DNA from: Dicyema japonicum
Taxonomy: Eukaryota; Animalia; Dicyemida
Length of the DNA stretch: 64,000 nt
NCBI GenBank assembly: GCA_011109175.1
Contig: RDEW01000031.1
Coordinates: 392,527 to 456,526 of the forward strand
Reading direction: 5' to 3'
Below are positions 40,220 to 51,833 of this stretch, piece by piece (within the stretch, counting starts at the first letter, position 1; each line of letters starts with the position of its first letter). Both the position numbers and the translations under genes were made by a program. The notes under the pieces were generated by a model. That model was not told the DNA's origin. It was given only the letters and a program-made list of their open reading frames with translations, and did not search any database.

Positions 40220-40650
40220 TTTGGTGGCATTAAAACCTCTTTCCCAGCTTTGAAATTATTGTACAAACAATTCATTGAGCCATCTGTCAGCTATGCCTGT
40301 ACGTCATGGGGAATCAATCTGTCTTGGACGAACAAACAAAGAATCCAGGACATTTCGACCTTAACAGCCACTACTATTAGTAATCTCTGGAAACTAGAAA
40401 AACTAATATCCTCATCACTTGAAGACCTTATCCGACAAAATGAAAAGGGATTTGCTACCCTGTGCAGGCAGTGAAACTTTCAACAACACACAGCCATGAC
40501 GCGTCTTATGAGAAAGGTATACATCACCTCTATCCGTTGATCCCAGAAGGCGCACAAAAAGAAAATGAGAAATCTAATTGAGGCCTTCAAAATCATTAAA
40601 TAATTTAATAATTAAATTAACTATTGGTGTTCTTGGGTTAATAATAATAA
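40220..40650 (+). mobile_element. Ingi/Vingi-like LINE family B 3' fragment
   Basis: LYKQFIEPSVSYACTSW; ends GGGTT(AAT)n. Confidence 0.75.
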
Positions 40651-41429
40651 TATCCGTAATGGCATTAGTTGTTATCATATTTCCATTCGTTTTCAGTCAA
40701 TAGCATAGAATCAAATGGGTTGTCATATTTGTTGACATTTTAAGGATTTTGATAACGAGAAACATCGTGCTTTGCTTTTCCAATTATCACGAACATTAAT
40801 TTTGTTATATTTGGTGAAATTGACAAAATTTTATGCACGGAAGGAATTTCTATGCATGGACAATACGTGTTGAATGTGGTAGAGCTGAAGAGAGGAGTCC
40901 CACAAGGCTATATCCACAGAGCTCTACAATTAATATTAATATAGTTTTCACTTTTCTGTCAAAGTAATAATTTGGAAGAAAGTTAAGAATATGTTAGAAA
41001 TTAAGAGATGACACACCTAGAAGGATTGCTATTCAGTGCAGTGAACTCAAGAGATGCAGCCATAAAAGAAATTTGTTGATGAAGTAAATCATGTAGACCT
41101 AAAATATTTACCAACCAGGCACTCCTCTGCAAGCGGAAAGTAAGACTAGGTGCGGAAATATTTTTGTTCATTTATGCACATACAGTGATCCCTTATTTAT
41201 GGACTTAAAATAGTACTTTTCAATTAAAAAAATAGTCGACTAATGGAAAATTAGATCCAATCAAGATAGCTCTCAGATAATGTCTAGTGAAACCTTTGTT
41301 GTTTATCTAACGAAAACAGTCATATCTAGAGAAATTATTTATTGCAACTAAATTTCTATAAATGGCATTTTATGGCATCTAAATTTAAAGAGATTGCATT
41401 TATTATTAAATTAACTACAGGCTTACAAT

Positions 41430-41790
41430 CTTTGGTAAGCCCAGCACAAACAGTCATACCTAATTAATTCTAGGAAGGAACCTAAGGGATAACATATGGT
41501 TATTCCGACCAAGTCAATCTTCCAAAACTCCATTACAGACTTCCGCTTCAGAAGAGAGGTGGAGATGTAGGAACGCCTTATTTCATTTCCGACATCACTT
41601 TATTCTTCGGCAAAATAGTTATCATAGTGTTATCTTCAAAAAATTATGTTCAGGGAAAAGGTACGAAGATCACTTTTAACTACTGTGCTGTACCAGAAAG
41701 AGTCGAATACTCCATTCTTCGGATTTTTGCCCACTAGAAAATCGACTAGTAATTCTGGTCGTAGAACTCGTGGCGAAGATGTCAAATTTT
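41430..41790 (-). mobile_element. SINE family 2, copy 3
   Basis: Body collinear with 11770-12095, including the GGCTTAC...GTAAGCC 3' stem. Confidence 0.6.
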
Positions 41791-43479
41791 ATGAAAATAA
41801 TATAACCATCATTCTTGGATTTTAAAAGTATTAGGGACAATTGCGGAGGACACTGGAGAAGACTCTAATCTACGAAGGATCTTGTGATGATTAAAATATT
41901 TACGAAAAATCCTCTTTTCCGTTAGTACTAAACGTTTGTATTATAAATCACATTTTCATTTCTTTTACTCAGAAAACTCTCAAATCATGATATGCTTTAT
42001 TTTTGTGAGTTTTGATGTTATGTCACTTACAATATGGAATCTATTTCCCCGGTGGCCTTTAGTTCTAAGATTTCTCTTTCTTTCCTCTGTTCTTTATCTC
42101 TTTATTACGTTAGCGTCAAGTGATCAAACTGTCTCGAATGAAACCCAATGTCTCCACGGAACTAAACCGGTTGAGTTAGCAAGAGTGAAATCAAGAAATT
42201 GAGGTGGTTGAATTATGTAACTAAAAATTAATTTTTTATTGAAAAGGTAACAAGTTTGTTAGTGCTGTCACTCAATGCGAGATTGGGTTTGATTTCCTCA
42301 CTCCTATCTGCCAGGTCGATGGATTCTGTTCAGCTAAGTATCTCATTAAATTCTAAGAAAAACCAGTTGAGCTATTTGTATTAGAAGGCGCCCACTGCAT
42401 CAAAAAAAGTATACCTCCTTCCTACCCCACTTGAGGGTTTCCCATAATGAGAGTGCAACGTATTTCACCATACATTTGCCACCTTAATATCCCCACACTC
42501 ATCAGTTGATCTGTCTTTACGATTTCAGTGGCGACTTTAACCATATTCTCATCTTGATAAAGGGAAAACTCCTCACGGAGAGGAAACTGGTGTTAATCAA
42601 AAACTAACTTCAACTGGAAGAAATATGCAACGTATTTCACCATACATTTGCCACCTTAATATCCCCACACTCATCAGTTGATCTGTCTTTACGATTTCAG
42701 TGGCGACTTTAACCATATTCTCATCTTGATAAAGGGAAAACTCCTCACGGAGAGGAAACTGATGTTAATCAAAAACTAACTTCAACTGGAAGAAATAGTG
42801 GAATTGGAATTGTAAATCAGAAGAAAGACATATAATAAATAAATGAAAGAACTTATAGTAGATTCCAAGAAAGATTTATGGTATATTTCAAAAAAAGACT
42901 TGTTCAATACTTAAGAGGGTTCTATACTTGTATGTAAGCGTGGATATTTCTACCCTTCCAACAAGATACATCCATGGAACTTAGTAACAATGCCATGCCA
43001 ATTGCATAAATTAAACAGTGACTTTTATCATCAATTGTTCGAAAAAAATTCCGGTTTTGTCTGCAAATGTCTTGGTGATATATTCTCATCTCAACAACTC
43101 CCACAATATCTTNTTCTACCCTTCCAACAAGATACATCCATGGAACTTAGTAACAATGCCATGTCAATTGCATAAATTAAACAGTGACTTTTATCATCAA
43201 TTGTTCGAAAAAAATTCCGGTTTTGTCTGCAAATGTCTTGGTGATATATTCTCATCTCAACAACTCCCACAATATCTTAGTATAAATTCTAGTATCAGAC
43301 TCAATGTTCCGAAAAAAAATAATTTTAACATAAGATTCAAAAATTTCTAAAGAGCGATGTGCCACGTGGATCATCAATGTTTTATATAAATGAAAAAAAA
43401 ATTTCTTTTTCTCAGTAAGTTCTGGAATGTGATTCTTTTGACCGTAGTTATATAACATTGTTTTCAATTCCGAGACTTC

Positions 43480-43800
43480 CCCTCTTATCCACCTCCACTA
43501 TCTTTAAATATAGAAATTCGGTTCTAAGACAGTCAAACCCCGAGGTCATCCATGCGTGAATGAAGTTCTGATTTTGACATATCCACGTATCTGTTTCTGC
43601 TTGCAATAATTACATCGTCAGCATATGTTAGAAGAATTGAATCAGACCCCCCAGGGCAGGGTAAGTCGGTTAAGAATCCCCGGACAGTAAGAAAATTGGC
43701 TTTAAAGTCATATGGATGGAGACGTTGAAGACCATTTTTTCTTTTTTAGCAGGATTCTCGGGACTGAGTCAAACGCCATAGATGCCGCTTGGGTTCTTTG
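43480..43800 (-). mobile_element. LINE RT fragment
   Basis: TDLP...LLTYADDVIIA. Confidence 0.6.
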
Positions 43801-43836
43801 AAGCCTTCAAGATGAATTGTGCCATTGAAATTAAGT

Positions 43837-44228
43837 CCGTTGCATGGAGATTCGCGCTATCTGAATCTATGGTCCACAGAGTCAATTCAATACATCAGCT
43901 TTCTCCACGTAATGGATCAACAGTTGACCCACTACTCATGTAAGCTAAGATCCGTAGTTGTGGCTCCGGATTTCTTCGCGTCTGTGAGGATGATGGAAAC
44001 CCGCTTCGCCTGATCCTTTCCATGGCAAGAGAAAACCGATTGGATAAGAAATTCCCATCCCCGATCGGATTCCTCTGCAAGACAGAGAGAAGGCTCTTCC
44101 GGAAAGTAGTGGGGACGATGGAAGATCACAGACGTCGAATGGCACAATTGATTGCGAGGACTGGGATCACCTAACTGCTTGACTCTTTTGTCTTTCTTTC
44201 TCGGTGTTCCCGGGGTTATAAAAAATTA
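43837..44228 (+). mobile_element. 5'-truncated copy of LINE family A
   Basis: About 90% identical by eye to 26415-26815. Confidence 0.9.
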
Positions 44229-44779
44229 AGTGTTTTTTTAGAACGCTTCGATGTAAATACGTGTTGGTAGTGACATAATGGAAACTGAGGCTTAATTTTC
44301 CAAAACACAAGTTTTTCCACGAGGCGCGATAACGCACACGTCAGGGATATCGGGAGGAAAGATGAAGGTGAGACTTTCGGTTTCCCTGATTTTACGACGG
44401 GTATGATATGTGGGTTCTATTTAAAACAAAGTAAAAATTCAAGTAATTGATCTGATTGCATTATCTCCAAGAAGCTTTAGCAAAATTCTAGGAATACCAT
44501 CTGGAACACACGTATATGACTTCTTCGTAGATTAGCTTCCTTAATATTTGGAGGTGTAATACTTCATCAGGGATTCCTGGATTTAATGAAGTTGAAAAAA
44601 ATTAAATAGAATAAATAAAATATTTGTAATTAAATTATTTTTATTGGCCTTGAGTTGATGGGTCATAGTTCTATTTGAATGTCTTTTTTCGAATGTTCGT
44701 GTCTAAAATTTTTTTGAAAGTAATTAGTACAAAGTTGAAATAGTGGTTGGTAATAAAACAACGTTGAAATTTTGATGGT

Positions 44780-45000
44780 GGAATAAGCTGTAGTGAGGAT
44801 GATTCCAAAACCAGGGAAGCCAAAGAGAGATTCGGCGAGATACAGGCCACTTAGCTTAATATGTTCTTTCGCGAAAGTGAATGAACGTATCAATTTCAAA
44901 AGGCTAAGCAGACATATAGAGGAGAATGACTTTCTGATTCCGGAGCAGTGGGATTTTCGTATCGGAAGAGGCTGTGCAGACTGTTTCTACTAAATTCTGA
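44780..45000 (+). mobile_element. LINE RT fragment (CR1/Jockey-like)
   Basis: IPKPGKP...RYRPLSLICSFAKVNERI...EQWDFR. Confidence 0.7.
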
Positions 45001-45399
45001 AATCATAAAAGCAAGGAATTTCAAAAAATCATGCGAACTCTGAATAAGCCGTGGGAAAAGTACTTGAAACAGAAATACACAGAAAATGAACAATGCACAC
45101 AATCTGCATTATTTGGGACTGGACTATGGACAGGTGGGAGATAACATTGACGACATAAGGAGAGGAGGAAGAGAGCCTTTTAGTCAATCCTATGTACACA
45201 AAAGTTACACGTTAGCCGTGGCATTTATTTGTTCATTTTCAAGTGAGTTGTTTTGCCTAGTCTACTTTATGGGTCCGTAACCATGCAAGGGATTTCATTA
45301 ATGGCTCCGTAACCATTTGATTTGGAGTGATAAGTTGACTTATCAGTCCGGACACAAAGATTGCCCCGGGTTCTCATGCTATACAACAATAACTAACAG

Positions 45400-45715
45400 T
45401 GCAGTTAGGCTACTCAAACTGGTAGAGACTGACATTTCGCTAGAGGGAAGAATCGTAAAACACAGATTGGCGTTCTTTGGGCATGTTGTCCGCTCTGATT
45501 CACTGGAAAGAACCATTATGCTGAGCAATATTACTGGGAAGAGAAGACCTGGCCGACCAAGGACTCGTTGGGTATCGATGGTGGAAGACGTCACGGGAAT
45601 GCCTATATCAAGGCTACTCAAAATTGCAAAGGATCGGGGAGAGTGGAGGAAACTCGTTCATGAGATCTCCAAGGGTCGGACACGACTAAATTGAACAATA
45701 TAACATAACATAGCA
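45400..45715 (+). mobile_element. RTE-clade LINE 3' end
   Basis: RLAFFGHVVR...GKRRPGRPRTRW...DRGEWRKLV...RTRLN* and an (ATAAC)n-like tail. Confidence 0.75.
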
Positions 45716-46331
45716 GTTAGGGACCGTTAACATTCCGCTGTGAAATTTTTAAATCAATGTTAAAATGATTTTTTCGAGATTAAATCAAAGATGGAAGACA
45801 TGGGCAGATATCCAGGTTACAAGTACAGAGATGAAGTGGACCTTACATGTGGTTACAATGACTTAATGTCAGTTTAATAGGAATAATTTATTTTTTAATG
45901 AAGCCGACAAATCTTAAATATCATATCTCAAAAAGGCAGACGAATTTGTTTCTGGCCAGAAGTCAAACTATTTCTAGAGATCTGCTTTGTGGAGATTAAT
46001 TAAGAAACCTTCACCTTTGTGGAGATTTATCCAGGATTCCAAAACTAACCTCTGGAGAAAGCTTGGAATGGACACAAGGATCACTTAATTTGACGGCATC
46101 TTGAAAGGGACACTGGTTAATAAATTAAATTAATATATAAAGAATTTAAATTCGAAAAATAAGATCATTTTAAAGGTAAAATGTGTTAGATAAGTTATCT
46201 GAGGTTAGTAATTCAAAAATTAGGCAACAGATCCCCGTCTACAAAAAATTAAAAAAATAAACCTTTGCCTGAAACTTCCAAATGATGAAGAAATGTTAAA
46301 TGAAGAAGGATTTTTTCTGAGGATTATTTAA

Positions 46332-48565
46332 TCAAATATACTTTTTGTATATAAAGACGCCAACTACAACCGCGATAACTGCGAGAATGCCGAAAAAGAT
46401 GCCGACCCCAAGACCAACACTTTTTTTGGAAGGACCTATATGCTAGAGAACAAAGTTCTACCAGATGTTGATGCTGAATAGGTTGCCGAATCTAAGAAAA
46501 TAAAAATTCATCATACGGTATCCAACACAGACAGCTATGTGTTTTTCTTTGCATCTTGTGGCAATCCATGATCCATTTTGTGCAACAGTAATGCAAACTA
46601 TTCCATCGTCATTATAAAATGGTTCGTTAGGAGCCCATGGAGTACGGTCCTAATAATGAGACTGTTAATAGAAACAGGTTCATCCCCAATCCACGTAAGA
46701 GTGGTGTCATTCCATAAAACTCTGTAGTCCATAAAAAATCTCTGATTTTTGATTTCTAAAATCAGGTTTGCTATTACCTTTATTCAATTCCTTAATTACG
46801 TAGGTAGAAGTTGTCTTGACCAGGGAAAGACCAAACTGAGAACAGAGTCTTGCAGAATCGTGATAAGATAATATTCTCCCAAACATTGTGTAAGTTTTTG
46901 AATTTAATTTAACTGAGTATGTCTCATTTTCTAAATCTAAAAATATTTATTCATTTATACGCCAGAAATTATTTGTGCAGTTTATGTTGGAGTAATTGTC
47001 TAAATAAATAACAAATTAAACAATTATTGTCATTTTTATAACAAACGAATCGAGTGTTGTAGCATTTATCGTTAATCCATTTCCCCGAAGCATATTGAGC
47101 ATAGACGCACCCATATTTTTTGGAATCCTTAGGATAACCTGTATCCCAGTTAGTAAAATTCTTAAATAAAATAAGAAAAGTACTGATTTGAGTTGGTCTC
47201 CTCTCATGAGCACGTGATTAAGGTAGACAGAACCATAGTTTAATCCAATATCGAATTCGACATTTTCTATAATTCAGTTTTAAATAAAAACCAAAAACAG
47301 CACAATTTTCGACAGAATTAAATGGAGCATAGAGAACCGCATTCTTCATAGCACAAACATTAAGTGCCTGATCTCTTGTAGCCAAAAAGTCAAACACATA
47401 GAAAGAATTGTTCTGAAAATAAAATATCTGTGAAAAATAGTCTAAAGTAAATATTAGAATTCTACGGAATTTGTTTTCTTCACTGCAGTCTTTTGGGGTG
47501 GCACCATTAATTACGGAATCTGTTTTTATTAGATTACAAAAACACCTGATTCACAGATAATATATGCAGGTTCTTGACAATCCATGGTTGCAAATTCTCC
47601 AGTCATATAATCACGTACCACACATTCTTTGTATATCATATCCAGTGACCCCCATGGAAGATATGACTAAATTATTTAAAATCTAAAAACCGCTAAATAG
47701 TTTTTTTCTGTCATATAAGTATTGTTCCCATAATTTAGAATTCCAACGAAAGATGGAGCAACAACTAACTCTATAATTGTATTGATAATTTATAAATACC
47801 ATGAACAGCACAGTTTTCAGTTCCATCATTTGGAATGAAGAGATAACCATTGTGGTCGTACTTGCAAATTTGTCTTGCGGTTGCATAGTCCCTGGCTGCC
47901 TTATAGATGTAATATGTGTGTCCTCTGAATGTAGTCATACTGTCGTAGGGTACTAAAGTTATAATTCGCTTTCAACTATTAATCCTTTTCCCGGAAGTTA
48001 TATTTAGTCCATTTGATGCGATTTTATCTATTTTTATTATTGTTACTACCTGCTTCACAAATCCAGAATGCTTTACGATATTGGTTGGCGACTCTCCATT
48101 TGCCTGACCGTGCCATCATTTTGACTGCTGACCAATAGTAAGGTTTTGAAGCTGTAGTATCCCAATTGGAGTATGTCTACTTTATTAAATGAATAATACA
48201 ATAGCTTTATATGTGTGATCAACGTAAAATATTTCTGTTCCATAACCCAATCTCCATACTCCAATACCTCTGTCTCTATAGATAACGCCTAAAATTGCTA
48301 GACAGTTCAAACTATTCAAAGCATCATTTTCTTCTTGATTTTCAATATACACGTTATAATATTTATAAACGTGGCAATAATAACTGTGGTACACATAGTA
48401 CCAGTCTAATGCTGAAAGGTAATACGCATGTCCATTGTAATTGTATGGAGTTTCATAAAACTTCACTAAAAATAATAGAATTAGTGAATACATCCGAAGC
48501 AGTCACTGATCAATACTAAAATTGTTAAAGATATACTTACGAGTCACAGCTAATAGTAGAATCAT
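46332..48565 (-). CDS. Type I membrane protein with four tandem C-type lectin domains, 18 introns of 22-29 nt
   Basis: Signal peptide MILLLAVTLLISDCFG; CTLD motifs YSNW..GKW..WICE, LPW..C..C..IC, FTNW..C..GKW..C and PWAPNEP..C..GSW..C..VC; TM helix WVGIFFGILAVIAVVVGVFIY and tail KKYI*. Confidence 0.9.
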
Positions 48566-49499
48566 TTAACATTATTCTGATTCGTCGCCTTATATTTACT
48601 TTTTAATGTTCAGAACATTTAAATATCTTAATTATTCCTTTGTTTGAAAATATCATTAAAAATAATCATTCTTAGATTATTTTCTGTAAATATTGCTTAT
48701 TAATATATTGGATTCCACAGTCGACTGCTTCTGTCATCGGATTGTTTCGACAAATTCCATAATGCAGAGCTAAACAGTCACGTATCTGAGATTGGAGGAA
48801 AAACCCCATCAATGTTGGTATTTTTTATTATCTGCCCATTTCTATTGTTGAATTAATTACATCCAATTATGTCAACTGTTTGGATTTTTGAGTTATATAT
48901 TTATCCTTGAATATTTTTAAATTAGGATTCTTAGAAGTGAATTCTATGTCCAACAAGTCTTCATTGGATGCCGTGGAAACTTGAATTCTGTTAATCGTCT
49001 GTCTGAAGAACCACGTCCATCATCCAACCAATGTACCATGACTACTTTCTAGAATTTGGAGGCTAATTTATTTGGCTAGTAGAGGGATTATTGATTTGTC
49101 ATCATTTCACTGAGGTCAGCATCCAACAGTCAATAGATTAAAGTCCCTCTTGGATCTCTTAGATGATGTCTAACACTTATTAAGGAAATATCCCTTCGTC
49201 TTGGTCTCTCTATGTTGGCAGAATCAGTATAGAACAGACGCATTTATAAAAGTTTCGAATTCGCATCTCAGATGAGTGCCTATTCTCTAGGAAGAACGCA
49301 AACAATGGAAGAAGGAGGATATACCATGAGGTAACATGCATAGAGTTAGTATTTTTGCCAATGCACGTGCATAGTTATGCCATGACTCAGAGGCGATAAA
49401 TCGTTTAGAATGGCAATTTATCTGAATTTAAGCTGGTATATTGTTAGAACGAATTGTTACAAAATAAACCAGTTTGCTGTTAAGAAAGTTCTTTGTATG

Positions 49500-50800
49500 A
49501 GAAATGTAATGCTTCTGATAATTTACAGATTAACCCATTAAACTGCGGTAAAATAATTAAATGCAAACCTCACGTTGTCCAAGTATCTCTGATGAGCCTC
49601 ACACGATACCAAAAGGAACATTACACTGGATCATTCTTTGGGGGGACCAACTCACTGCGCAAAATTCTATTTCTAATTGCTCTGGACAGAATAAAAGCCC
49701 CACTACGTGGATGTATCGAAGCTAGCCAAAATGGGTTTGTCTCTGTAAGATCAACTTCCGATGCCGTTTGGAGCCACAAATGGATGTATGCTTCATGCCA
49801 AAAATATAAAGAGGAGTACCACATAATCAACCTATCTAAGGCATTTGACTCAATCAGCAGAGTCAATATGATACAAATATTAACACCACTACTCGAGGAA
49901 GATTGCATCAGAATAATTCGTTATCTACTCTCATCCACTCAACTATTTATCCAGCTCGGAAATTAGAAATCCAGAGTATTCGGAATAAACAAGGGCACCC
50001 CAAGGAGACGCCCGATCCCCGGTCTTATTCATCGCATATCTGGAGGCGACCCTACGAGATGCCAGGAATAATATCCCCAGACATATAATAGAAGTCATCT
50101 TAGCAGATGACATAGATCTCACGGCAACAGACCACCAGTTAAAAGGTATTATTGACAAATTGACCAAAACATTTGAAAATCATTCCTAAAAATTAACAAA
50201 GAAAACAGAATATACTATAGTAAGGCATACTTCGAAGAAAATCACTAGCAGCTTTTGCTCTTGAAAGACTAAACAACGTATGGTTACGAGGTAAACAAAT
50301 TTCTGCCTCTTTAAAAATCAAATTATACAATATGTTCGTGAAACCGGTTTTACTGTTCAACTCTTCTACCTGGGCACTCACAATGTCTGAAATGGAAAGT
50401 CTGAACTCCTTTCATAGAATGCAGCTCAGATACATTCTAAGAATTTCCTGGCCAAAGCACACCTCAAATAAACACCTCTATTTCCACTACAATATCCACT
50501 CATTGGACGGAGAAATAAGAAGTAACAGATGGGACTTATTTGGTCACATCTTAAAAATGGACAGCAATACTCCCGGTAATCTTGCGATGTAACACCACTA
50601 TGCTCCTCATCCGGAATCGACTTTCCGCAGAAGACCACAAATTACTCTCCCAACCCTTCTACATCAAGACCTAACTTCGATTGAGGAAAGGGTTGACGTC
50701 GGCAGATGGTCTTGAGCACCTGAGAGGCCTATCGAGGAACAGAGGGAACTGGAAGCGATTAACAAAGCGCATCCAGGAGAGGGTGACATAAGCGAGATAA
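49500..50800 (+). mobile_element. 5'-truncated RTE-like LINE (RT and 3' end), decayed
   Basis: NLSKAFDSI, PQGD..SP.LF, LADD, KPVLLFNSSTW and LFGHILKM. Confidence 0.85.
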
Positions 50801-51833
50801 CTTTACTAACGTTGTTTTGCAATGTGTTTATCAATAATAATTCTTTGTGAGGACATATTCAATATTTCTTTATCGCACTTTGTTCTAGGTGGACCTCTGT
50901 GGGATTATTGAAAGTACTTGCAACTATCGGATAGTCCACCATCTATTAACATTATCCACCATGGATGTTGTTAATCTCTGATTCCGTGTTATATCACAAC
51001 TATGTTTGACATTGAATTCATGAAAAGTTTGACTTCGACTTTTTATTAATTTACCTATTCGAAAAAACTTAATTATTGTAAAATAAACTTAACAATTAAA
51101 CCATTATTTAGGAAAGTTTTTATTGCACATAAAAATGTACTAACAAAAACTTTGACAAAATTAAACGATCACAACTACTGAGTTATTATCTATTATTTAA
51201 GTTATATATACCAAAACTTTTTTAAACATTTTTATTTCCCCCACCCCTCCATCCACTCGTAACACGAGGTTGGTTGACAGCTTCAGAGCAGAGAATTTTA
51301 TTTCGCATCAAATTCAAAACACTAAAGTTGTGAGAAAACTAATCCCATGAAACCAAATTTGAGTTTGAAGACTTTGATAATCGTTTTTCAATACATCCTG
51401 TTAACTGGGGGTGCGAATTTTTATTTAATATTCGAAAAAGAAACAGTCAGCTGATGGTTATACAACAGCCGCCCTAACTGAGTGACTATTTCTTCTCAGG
51501 ATGGCCAGCGAGATTCTCTCAAATAGCCAGAAGAGTTCACGGAGATCTCCTATTCATGTAGAAATCCGATTCCCTAGACGTCGCAGGAGCAAGGGTCTCA
51601 ACCATTGGTGGAATAAATCAGCGGTTTTTTTAAATTTATGATAAAAATAGTTAACATTAAATCTTTTACTTCTAAATCATTCAATAATTACATAACTACG
51701 TAATTCTTTTGGTTTAAATAGATCAGAGGTGTCAAACATGTGGCCCTCGAAAAGCATAGGTGCGGCTCGATTTAATCGCCATAAACCACAAAAAATCATT
51801 TTTTTTATTTTTTTACATATAATTAAATTTTTT

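Noticed and set aside
39223-40474. 350- and 412-aa ORFs in the track
   Set aside because: They are composed mostly of N-gap codons
42455-43280. Two near-perfect ~170-180-bp tandem duplications
   Set aside because: One spans a single n near 43113 and both are almost identical; likely a haplotype or assembly artefact. A weak kinase-like phrase (GVFPYQDEN) has no supporting motifs
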